Assembly (NCBI RefSeq): GCF_009914755.1
Contig: NC_060925.1
Source: the human T2T-CHM13v2.0 reference genome, Homo sapiens
Direction: 5' to 3' (one strand)
DNA length: 64,000 nt
The notes below the pieces were generated by a model. The model was not told where the DNA came from, ran no database searches, and was given only the letters and a program-made list of their open reading frames with translations. Positions within the stretch are counted from its first letter, which is position 1, and the number at the start of each line of letters is the position of its first letter. The translations under genes and the position numbers were made by a program. Shown piece after piece: positions 51,359-64,000 of this stretch.

Positions 51359-52081
51359 TTCATTCATTTATTTATAAGACAGGTTCTCACTCTGTCACCC
51401 AGGCTGGAGTGCAGTGGCAGATCTCAGCTCACTGCAACCTCTGCCTCCTGGGCTCAAGTGATCCTTCCACCTCAGCCCCCCAAGTCACTGAGAGTACAGG
51501 TGCATGCCACCATGCCCAGCTAATTTTTGTATTTTTTGTAGAGATGAGGTTTTGCCACATTGCCCAGGCTGGTCTTGAACTCCTGGACTCAACAATCTGC
51601 CCACTTTGGCTTTCCAAATGCTGGGATTACTGGTGTTAACCACCATGCTTGCTCCTCTATCCCAATTTAAACCACAATCACACAATCTGGTGTCAATGGA
51701 AATTAAGGCTGTTGAGGGAGAAATAATTTGATACAAGTTTATTGGAAGCTGAATGTGAGAATTGACCCAGGAACATACAGCAACAAAGTGGGTGTGTTCC
51801 AAAGTCTATTATAAGTTGGAATGCTTTCATGAGAGAGTGTAGAAGGCAGTGGGACTCCTCATAGCTGAGTTGTCCTTCAGTGATGGGTACAACACAGAGG
51901 TTACAATCATTGACCAAGGTTGACAATGAACAGGCCAAAATGCTTGAAGTGCAAGACAGTTAAACTTCATGATCAAAATCAAATCAGCGTCCTTCTCAAT
52001 GTCAGAAGGTGAAGCCTTTGTCAGTACTTGAAGAGTTTGAGAAGCTCATGATCAGATGATTTACTCAGGGACAGGATGTAA

Positions 52082-52422
<341 letters not shown>

Positions 52423-54639
52423 TAAAGTGTTGGGATTACAAGTGTGAGCCACCAAGCCTGGCCGATCTGCAGGATTTCACTGGCAATGTGCAGACGTAGC
52501 TATGATGAAGAATAACCATGACCGTCCCATTACCTCCGACTGGTGGAGAATGGGATCCTTTGACCCTTTCTCACCCTAAAACTGGGTTACTCATCTGTGT
52601 GTCAACAAAAATATGGTGTACTTAACAGACAGAGAAAGAGACTCAGTAAAAAAGGATTTTTTTCTTATGAAATGAGCAAAGCAATGGGAATAGGTGTGAG
52701 ACTATTCAGGGAGGTCAAGGAAGACAAGGGTTTTGAAAGGAAAAATAAGGAGGATTACATAAGTGGTTCTGAAGGCATCCTCCTTGGCCATAAGGATCAC
52801 AGTTAAGGTGGCATTGGCCAATGTTGGAAAGAGTCTCCCTCATGCCCACAAAAACCCAACACATTGACCATGCCTTGGTTCAATCTCAAGGTCCCATTGG
52901 AACACTAAGCCCAACCCAGCCCAGCCCAGCCACCACCCTTACTTCTCTTTGTAATTGTTACCTGATTTCCTCCAGAGAAACCTGGAACAAAATCTTGAGA
53001 CCAATCACACCCTTAGTGGTACCTCTCTTCCACACAAATGAGCATACGATTTCCTCATATGGGTAACTTAAATCCCAAATGACCAATATATACACGAACA
53101 TTTAAATTCAATTTTGTAGGGATAAAACCACTGCCTTCATGAAGCTGTTTTTTGTTTTGTTTGTTTTTGTTTTTGATACAGGCTCTGTCGCCCAGCCCAG
53201 AGGGCAATAGATTGATCTAGGCTCACTGCAACCTCTGCATCGTGGGGATCAAAAAATGGATCTTCCCATTTCAGCCTCCAGAGTAGCTGGGACCACAGGT
53301 GTGTGCCACCATGCTTCACTGATTTTTTTTTTTTTTTTGAGATGGTGTCTCCCTCTGTCACCCAGGGTGTAGTGCAGTGGCATGATCTTGGCTCACTGCC
53401 ACCTCCACCTCCCGGGTTCAAGTGATTCTTCTGCCTCAGACTCCTGAGTAGCTGGGACTAGAGGTGCATCCCACCATGCCCAGCTAATTATTGTATTTTT
53501 AGTAGAGACGGGGTTTCACCGTATTTGCCAGGCTGGTCTCGAACTGCTGACCTCATGATCTGCCTACCTTGTCCTCTCAAAGTGCCAGGATTACAGGCTT
53601 GAGCCACCACACCTGGCTTATAAAGTTTAAACTCTGAAATATTTTTATTTTTATTTATTTATTTATTTATCTTGAGACTGAGTCTTGCTCTGTCACCCAG
53701 GCTGGAGTGCAGTTGTGCGATCTTGGCTCACTGCAAGCTCCGCCTCCCAGGTTCTTGCCATTCTCCTGCCTCAGCCTCTGGAGTAGCTGGGAATAAAGGC
53801 ACCCACCACCATGCCTGGCTAATTTTTTGTATTTTTGGTGGAGACAGGGTTTCAGTGTTAGCCAGGATGATCTCGATCTCCTGACCTCGTGATCCACCCG
53901 CCTCAGCCTCCCAAAGTGCTGGGATTATAGGTGTGAGCCACAGTGCCTGGCTGAAACCTTTTATAATTTTGTTTTGTTTTGCTTTTTGAGGCAGAGTCTC
54001 TCTCTGTCACCTAGGCTGCAGTGCAGTGGCATGATCTTGGCTCACTGCAACCTCCGCCTCCTGGGTTCAAGTGATTCTCCTGCCTCAGCCTCCTGAGTAG
54101 CTGGGACTACAGGCGCCCACCACCACACCCGGCTAATTTTTGTATTTTTAGTAGAGACAAGGTTTCACCATGTTGGCCAGGATGGTCTCGATCTCCTGAC
54201 TTCGTGATCCACCGCCTGGGCCTCCCAAAGTGCTGGGATTACAGGCATGAGCTACCGCGCCTGGCCCATTTTGATAATTTTGATGGGGCCAAAGATTTCC
54301 CCAACATTAATCTTTTTAGGTTTTGTTTTTCTCTCTAATGTCAGGAACAGAGTGAGAGTTCCCTGTCTCACACTCAGGACAAAGAAGGTCACATACTGGT
54401 AAATTCCATCAGTGTTTGTTCGGGTGGAAGTCAAGAATTCACTCATTAATGCCCTCCAGAAGCAGAGATGGAGTGGTAGTAATATGTGACCTTCCTAGTC
54501 CTGAGTGGAAGACAGGGAAGGGTTCAACCTATTCCTGAGATTAGACAGAAAAGCAAAACCGGAAAATATTATGGTTGGGAGTTCTTTGGTGACATCAAAA
54601 TCATCAAAATGAGTTCTTGACTTCCACCCTAATTACAGT

Positions 54640-55215
54640 GCTTTCAGTTTCATGATTGGATATCTGATTCAATCCATTATTCTGCAGAAAGCCAAAACTT
54701 CAATCAGGCTTAACTGGGTGGAATTCAGAAATCCCATCAGGCATCACTTTCTGATAGGAATCTGGAAGTTGATAAAGGAGGTGGGATTAGGAAAGTCCAA
54801 GAAAGTTGCTGGGAGCCGTGGCTCATGCCTGTAATCCAGCACTTTGGGAGGCTGAGGAGGAGGGTGGGTCATGAGGTCAGGAGTTCCCAAGACCAGGCTG
54901 GCCAATATGGTGAAACACCATCTCTGCTAAAAATACAAAATTAGCTAGGTGTGGTGGCGCATGCCTGTAATTCCGGCTACTTTGGAGGCTGAGACAGGAG
55001 AATCACTTGAATCCAGGAGGTGGAGGTTGCGGTGAGCCGAGATCACGCCATTTTACTCCAAACTGGGCAACAAGAGCAAAACTCCATCTCAAAAAAACAG
55101 AAAGGTCCAAGAAAGCTTGTGAACATCCACAGAAGAAACCCCAAGCTGTGGTACCTGGAGTTATTGCTTGATTCTCCAAGAGGTCCGAGCAGACTGCAAA
55201 GTGAGTCCAGATCTG
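54640..55215 (+). promoter_or_regulatory. Promoter and non-coding exon 1 of the PRAMEF18/22-type gene, split by an Alu (54808-55098)
   Basis: caatcaggcttaactgggtggaa core near 54701-54723. Donor AGATCTG|gtaagt at 55215/55216. Confidence 0.72.
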
Positions 55216-55924
55216 GTAAGTCAGGTACCTTCACAAGGGCACTCCTATGACCCACAGTCAGCCAGTAGAGGGCGACATGAAGGCCAAGGTGGCACAGAGA
55301 ATTTTCTTGCCTGTTTTTCAGATGAACAGATGTAGGCTTTAATTTTTTCTCTAATGCAGTTTTATCTCTTCACTCCAAATATTTTATTTGTGTTTAGTTT
55401 ATGTCATTTCAAATGTTTTTTTTTTTTTTTTCTGAGATGGAGTCTTGCTCTGTCACCCAGGCTGGAGTGCAATGATGAGGTCTCGGCTCACTGCAACCTC
55501 TGCCTCCTAAGTTCAAGCAATTCTCCTGCCTCAGCCTCCTGAGTAGCTGGGATTACAGGTGCCCACCACCATGCCCGGCTAATTTTTGTATTTTTAGTAG
55601 AGACAGGGTTTCACCATGTTGGCCAGGCTGGTCTCGAACACCTGACCTCGTGATCTGCCCACCTAGGCCTCTCAAAGTGCTGGGATTATAGGTGTGAGCC
55701 ACCATGCCCAGCTTCAGAGTTCCAAATCAAGCAGTTGAAAAATAATGCAATTGACTGAAGTCTTTTTTTTTTTTTTCTTTGAGACATTGTCTTCCTGCGT
55801 CATTCTTGGTGGAATGCAGTATTGTGATCTCGACTCACTGCAACCTCTGCCTTCTGGGCTCAAGCCATCCTCCCTACTCAGAAGTTCTAGCCTTCTGAAT
55901 AGCTGGAATTCAGGCATGCACTAG

Positions 55925-56350
<426 letters not shown>

Positions 56351-57593
56351 TAAAGTCTTGGGATTACAGGCATGAACCAACATGACTGGTCTCATACACC
56401 ATTTTCAAGAATGAAGTCTTTGTTCTGAATGTGGGATCCATTTGTTTCTCTAGACTCCATTCCAAAGTGGGTAATATTTTATTTATTTATTTATTTTATT
56501 AAGACAGAGTCTTGCTGTTCTGCCCAGGCTAGGGGTACAGTGGCAGAGTCTCAGATCACTGTAACTTCTGCTTCCCAGACACAAGCCATCCTTCCACCTC
56601 AGCCTGCAGAGCAGCTGGGACTACAGGTGTGCGCCATCACATCCATCTATTTTTTGTATTTTTTTGGAGAGACAGGGTCTCACTATGTAGCCCAGGCTGG
56701 TCAGCAACTCCAGGGCTTAAGTGATTGTTCTGCCTTGGCTTGCCAAAGTGTTGGAATTACAGCTGTGAGCCTCCATGTGTGGCCCCTCAGTACTCTTTTG
56801 AAAGTGAACATAATGGTGTCTAACTAAAAATATCCCTTTAGTCTCTCCCAGCCAAGTTCACTGTGGGAACTGAGACTGTAGGCTGTTTGGGGCCACAGGA
56901 GACTCCCATTACCATTGTTTTATTGTTTTATTTTATTTATTTATTTTTTTGAGACTGAGCCTCGCTCTATTGCCCAGGCTGGAGTGCAGTGGCACTGTCT
57001 GAGCTCACTGCAACCTCCGCCTCCTGGGTTCCAGTGATTCTTGTGCCTCAGCCTCCCGAGTAGCTGGAGTTACAGGCACCTGCCACCATGCCTGGCTACT
57101 TTTTGTGTTTTTAGTAAAGACTGGGTTTCACCTTGTTGGCCAGGCTGGTCTCTAACTCCTGACCTCAAGTGAGCCACCCGCCTTGGCCTCCAAAGTGCTG
57201 GGACTACAGTTGTGAGCCACCAAGCCCAGCCACATGACCATTGCTTTAGATCCTTAAATTGAGAAGACATTTTTTTCTCAAAAAAGGAGCTGAGCTTTGA
57301 AGATTCTTGGTAACACTTCCCAGAGCTAATAGAGTTGGGTGGAGAAATTAATGAAAATTCATGGAGTAGGAGTGATCTTGCCCGTTCCTTGGAGGTTGGG
57401 AGACACTCTTCTTGGTACCAGAAGGGCAGAACTATGTCTGTGTGGCCAATTATTGCAGAGTCGAATTGGGGTAAACTAAGGACTTTCACACCTGCCAGAG
57501 TAGTGACTTTTGGCCCAGGAGAAGTCAGGGTGTGAGAGGACTGGCCTGATAAGTTTGTCTTCTCTGGATTTGTTTTCTTGCAGATTTATCAGG

Positions 57594-57880
57594 ATGAGCT
57601 TCCAGGCCCCACGCAGACTCCTGGAGCTGGCAGGGCAGAGCCTGCTGAGGGACCAGGCCTTGGCCATCTCCGTCCTGGATGAGCTGCCCAGGGAGCTCTT
57701 CCCCCCACTGTTCGTGGAGGCCTTCACTAGCAGACGCTGCGAGGTTCTGAAGGTGATGGTGCAGGCCTGGCCCTTCCCCTGCCTCCCTCTGGGGTCCCTG
57801 ATGAAGACGCCTGATCTGGAGATCTTACATTATGTAGTGGATGGGATTGATTGCCTGCTTGCCCAAAAGGTTCGCCCCAG
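57594..57880 (+). CDS. PRAMEF22: PRAMEF18/19/22-type first coding exon
   Basis: Acceptor ttgcag| at 57583, ATG at 57594. Encodes [18 protein letters not shown]...KVRPR; donor CAG|gtgagg; 287 nt. Paralog identity (18/19/22) is tentative. Confidence 0.85.
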
Positions 57881-58266
57881 GTGAGGTGACCCAGGTGGGG
57901 AGGGCCCAGGTGTCCAGGGACTAAACAGCTGGGTCAGACAAATTGGGAACCCGGGGTGGCCCAGGGGCTTCTGATGGTGCCAGTGAGAAAGCTGGGAACG
58001 TTCTTGGCTATTGCCCAGCTCCTCTGGGAAAGGACTGCTCACCATACAGGGTCCACTGAGGAAACAGGAACCTGCCTGCTCCCAGTGGAAGGTAAAGGCA
58101 CTAGAAGTGGGTACCAGGCAGAATCCAAGGGGGAAAGGGATGGAGAAGAGACAGAAGGAGGGGCGCTGAGGAAAAAAGCAGCTGAGGTCCTTGATGTGGA
58201 GTGAAAGCCCAGGTCAGGGGTGGGTCCTTGTCTACGTTCTGAGCTTTTCCCCTATGTTACTCACAG

Positions 58267-58845
58267 GAGGTGGAAACTTCAAGTGCTGGAAATGCGGGAT
58301 GTTGATGAGAATTTTTGGACCATATGGTCTGGAGCCAGGCCCCTGTCCTGCTCCCCAGAGGCCATGAGTAAGAGACAGACAGTGGAGGACTGTCCAAGGA
58401 CAGGAGAGAAGCAGCCCTTGAAGGTGTTCATGGATGTTTGCCTCAAGGAAAAATTCATGGATGAAGATCTGAGCTTCTTCTCTGGGTGGGTGCAGCACAG
58501 AAGAGGTTCAGTACACCTGTGCTGTACTAAGGTGGTGAATTATTCAATGAGCATTCTAAATTTCAGAAACATATTGGAAACAGTATACCCAGACAGTATC
58601 CAAGTGTTGGAAATTTGGAACATGTGCTGGCTGTGTATGATAGTAGAGTTTAGCCGTTACCTGAGCCAGATGAGGAATCTTCGCAAACTCTTCATCTCCG
58701 ATGGCTGTCGTTACCTGCTAAGCTCTGACAGCCAAGAACAGTTAGTTGCTGAATTCAGCTCTGTGCTCCTCAGGCTGGAGAACCTCCAGATGCTTTATGT
58801 AAGAAGGGTCTGCTTCTTCAGAGGCCACCTGGACCAGCTGATCAG
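58267..58845 (+). CDS. PRAMEF22: PRAMEF18/19/22-type middle coding exon
   Basis: tcacag|G to ATCAG|gtgagg. Encodes RWKLQVLEMRDVDENFW...RGHLDQLIR; 579 nt, open. Confidence 0.85.
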
Positions 58846-59794
58846 GTGAGGAAGGATGGTGAGCTTTCTCTGGGGGCCATAGCACAGCCTTTTTTTGTTA
58901 CAATAAACACCAATCAGCATCTACTGTGTGCCAGCCACTGGAGATGTCTAGGGAAGGGGACACTAGAATGCATTGTCCTGTTTGGTGCTCTATATCCTGA
59001 AGTGGGTATCACAGGATCGCTCCAGTAAGGGCAGAGGGATGACCTGGGGTAGAAGCTACAGAGAGGGACATCGTGTAGGGAGCTGGTTAGTGGAGGGTTC
59101 AGCTCTAGTGAGGGTGAATTCCTTTTAGGAATTCCTTGTTAGGAAGTGTGTTTAAAGTTAATATGATAAAAAAGAGGCAACAGAGGGGAGGGTGTAAAAG
59201 AAGAGAAAGTGCACCAAACCTGTGCGTTTCACAGAGGAAGCTCTGTCCTCACAGCTTAGTGAACATGAATGATCCTCTCTCTGATTCCCTGTCTGTAAAA
59301 GGTTGTTTTGAACTCCAGGAAAGGTAAGTGACATGGGAAATGCGTGCTTCTGGGATGGAGGTGAGGGAGTAGGCACGAGAGTGGTACAAAGTGACAGGTG
59401 GTTTGCAGATGTGGCCATGTCAGGGAGCCTCTGAAAGCAGGTAGCCCTAGCTGATGTCCCTAGACCTTGCTCAGGTCAGTTCTTTGGGCATCTCTTCCAC
59501 TGGGCTCCTGTGGCCCAGAGATGAAGCTTTCTGCTGGAAGATGAAGAAAAAAGGCTTTAGAGTTTTTATGGCCTTGAACCAATCACACCAGTGATGGTGA
59601 AAGGACTGAGCCTAAAATGGGACTGCCTCTGAATGATCCAAGTCCTCATCAGGCAGCACCTTGCGGGAGGACCATGATTAGATGATGAGAACAAACTTGT
59701 GTTTGGGCAAAACAGGCTCTTCCCTTGACGTTATTTTCTACCACCGTCCTCTAACTGGTGCCATTGCCCAGTACTAACTTCTTGCTCTCCCCAG

Positions 59795-60368
59795 GTGCCT
59801 CAGGAGCCCGTTGGAGACATTGGCATTAACTTATGGCTTCCTAGAAGAAGAGGACTTGAAATGCCTGCCCCGGTACCCAAGTCTCAGTCAACTGAAGCAG
59901 CTGAATCTGAGTCATGGTGCACTGCGCTTCATCCGTCTTGAGCCCCTCCGAGCTCTGCTAGAGAAAGTTGCTGCCACTCTTCAGACCCTCTTCTTAGTGG
60001 ACTGTGGGATTGGGTACTCCAAACTCAGGGTCATCCTGCCTGCCCTGAGCCGCTGCTCCAACCTCACCACTTTCTGTTTTCACGGCAATGACACGTCCAT
60101 GGATGCTCTGAAGGACCTGCTGCGCCACACAGGCAGGCTGAGCAATTTGAGCCTGGAAACATATCCTGCCCCTCGGGAGAGTCTTGACAACAGGGGTCGT
60201 GTCATTTTGGAGCTCCTCACCCCACTTCAGGCTGAGCTGATGCGTATACTGAGGGAAGTAAGGGAGCCCAAAAGGATCTTCTTTGGTCCGGTGTCCTGCC
60301 CTTGCTGTGGCACTTCGCCCACTGAGCAACTGGAGTTCAATTTTTGCTTGTGGGGAAGGCCTGCCTAG
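59795..60368 (+). CDS. PRAMEF22: PRAMEF18/19/22-type terminal coding exon
   Basis: ctccccag|G. Encodes [11 protein letters not shown]...CLWGRPA, stop TAG. Spliced CDS is 287+579+574=1440 nt, giving 479 aa. Confidence 0.85.
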
Positions 60369-60994
60369 TGGGGTGGAGGTATAAAAAGCTTTTTCTCCAG
60401 GCACTTGGAAACTAAAATCTGGGACATAGATGTCTTTTATTTTTCTTTTTCCTTATTTTACAATTTTACAGCTTTTATTTAAAAATTTGAGACAGGGTTT
60501 CCCTATGTTGTCCAGGCTGGTCTCAAACTCTTACGCTTAAGGGAGCCCCCTGCTTGGCCTCCCAAGATTCTGGGATTACAGGCATAAGCAGCTGTGCCGG
60601 GTCTATAGGTGCATTATAAAGGGAACAGAGAAACCTCTGTTTCAGGCATGTGCTTTCTGTGAGTGGAAAACAAAAAACAAAAAATCCCAGCAGGGGGCAG
60701 CACTGGGGAAAAAGTTGAATGGAGTCACTGAGACTCAGGGATCTGTGTCCTAGACAGTCAGAAATAGAAAGCTGAAGTTCTAGAGTGAGGGAGTTATCTC
60801 AGCAAGGATGGATACAAAGAAACGTCGGAAGTAGAGGGAACCTAAATGGAAACTCTCTGCTGTCCTTCATGATTGATTAGCCTGTTTCAGCAATTTATAC
60901 ATCAGAAATCTTTAGTTCCTGATGAATTAAAAAAAGAGGTACTAGTTCATCTGTGATTTAGTTTCATCTGCAGGAAATAAAGGAATCAAAATAA

Positions 60995-61321
<327 letters not shown>

Positions 61322-61919
61322 TGACCTGTTTTGTTTGTTTGTTTTGTTTATTTGATGGAGTCTTGCTTGGTCACCTAGGCTGGAGTGCAGTGGTGTGATC
61401 TTGGCTCACTGCAACCTCCAACTCCCAGGTTCAAGGGAATTTGTGTTTTTAGTAGAGACGGGGTTTCACGATGTTGGCCTGACTGGTCTCAAACTCCTAA
61501 CCTCAAGTGACCTCAAGGAAGCCTCCCAAAGTGCTAGGATTACAGGCGTGAACCAACGTGCCTAGCCTAAACTTTGATTAATTTATGCCCATTCTTTACC
61601 TCTCCAGTCATCTCTTCCTTACTTTCTCCTGTGGTTATTTACTGGGTTCATCCACAAAAGATGCATGCCTGGGACCTGGAACATTCTATGTGGGCAGTGA
61701 TGATGAACCATTGAGTCAACCCTCTTCTTGTCAGGGGCCCTCACTGCTCCCCAGATACCGAGACCCTGCTCACTCCTAATGGGCAGATCTGGGAGAATCT
61801 GTTCCTGATCATTGGCCATGTCAGGAAAGGGCTTCACTGCACAAGGTGCGGCCCCCTGCCTTGGGAGGGAATGGCCATACTGTGTACTAGCGGGAGCCTC
61901 ATGGCATCACCAACCCTTG

Positions 61920-62390
61920 CCTGTCCTCATGGTGGCTAGTGGGTTTTACTGAATTAACATAATTGTGTGTAGTAAAGATGTCCAATTTCTCTTAGAAGAA
62001 TAGTAAAATCATTTAGGTAGATGACACATTCTAAATATTTCTAGCCCACATCAATATGCATCCTTTTGGAAATTAACTCATTTCAATGAGACATCTTCCT
62101 GTAACACCTCCCTTCTCTCCTTATCAAAAAACGGGAAAACCAGGGCACTGACCTGTCCTCATGGTGACTAGTGGGGTTTACTGAATTAAAGTGATTGTGT
62201 CCAGTAAAGATATCCAATTTCTCTTAGAATAATGCTAAAATCATTTAGGTGGATAATACATTCTAAATATTTCCAGCCCATATTAATGGAAATATACATC
62301 CTTTTGGAAACTAACTCATTTCAATGAGAGATCTTCCTATCACACCACCCTTCTCTCCTTATCAAAAAACAGGAAAACCTGGGCTTGACC
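61920..62390. repeat. Diverged direct tandem duplication, about 235 bp x 2
   Basis: cctgtcctcatggtg(g/a)ctagtggg...ccttatcaaaaaac(g/a)ggaaaacc.gggc at 61920-62151 and 62152-62390. Confidence 0.88.
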
Positions 62391-62759
62391 TAGCTAGCGC
62401 TCCTACACTGCCATGAGAATCCCTTTGGGACTTTCCCCATTTGGGACTGGCAGCACTCTTGTGGTTTACTAAAACTTAGGTAAACCTGGGCTTAAGCCAC
62501 CACCTGGAGCCAAGAAGGAAGCAGCAACCTAGTGGTGAAGATTCACTAAGGGAATGTATTCAGTCCAAACCAAAGCAAGCCAGACAGAGAAAACTGGAGT
62601 AAATCATTCTTCCTTCAGTGCAAAAATACAGATCTATATCTACAAGAAACTAGAGCAAACAGGAAACTGTGACCTCCCCAAAATGACAAAGCAGAAATCT
62701 AGTGGGTGACTCTAATGTGATGGCTATTTGTCAGGTCTCTAACCAATCACTGAAAATCG

Positions 62760-63525
<766 letters not shown>

Positions 63526-63889
63526 GACCACTCCCACTCAACATGTGCTAGAGTCTCACATTACTGGAGTGTCTCTATATTACCCGGGCTGGTCCAGAAC
63601 GGCCAGGCTCAGGCAGGGCTCCAATCTTAGCCTTACAAAGTATTGGGATTACAGGCATGAGCCACCACACATGGCTCTATTTTATTATAACATATATTTC
63701 TAGGCCGGGTGTGGTGGCTCACGCCTGTAATCCCAGCACTTTGGGAGGCCAAGGCGGGTGGATCACGAGGTCAAGAGATGGAGACCATCCTGGCCAACAT
63801 GGTGAAACCCCGTCTCTACTAAAAATACAAAAATTAGCTGGGCATGGTGGCACGTGCCTGTAATCCCAGCTACTCAGGAGGCTGAGTCA

Positions 63890-63997
<108 letters not shown>

Positions 63998-64000
63998 CTA

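Overview
Primate (human-like) genomic DNA from the PRAME-family (PRAMEF) segmental-duplication cluster, which I recall lying at 1p36.21. It holds five PRAMEF units. (1) The last two coding exons of a PRAMEF7/8-type gene (+). (2) A 5'-truncated PRAMEF1/2-type pseudogene (+). (3) An intact 476-aa PRAMEF6/5-type gene (-) whose promoter and non-coding exon 1 are tandemly duplicated. (4) A PRAMEF17/10-type pseudogene (-) with three nonsense codons. (5) An intact 479-aa PRAMEF18/19/22-type gene (+). Paralog names are tentative because cluster copies are near-identical. The spacers are very Alu-rich. They also carry a U6/L1 chimeric retrocopy, a twin-primed L1, a complete solo LTR7Y-like (HERV-H) LTR and several older ERV1 LTRs. 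I found no new protein-coding system. The most interesting signals are regulatory and structural: a repeated promoter module with DUX4-like and TAATCC sites, an orphan copy of it aimed antisense at PRAMEF6, the LTR7Y-like insertion, and a possible ancient PRAME-exon relic. All alignments and repeat-family calls were made by eye.
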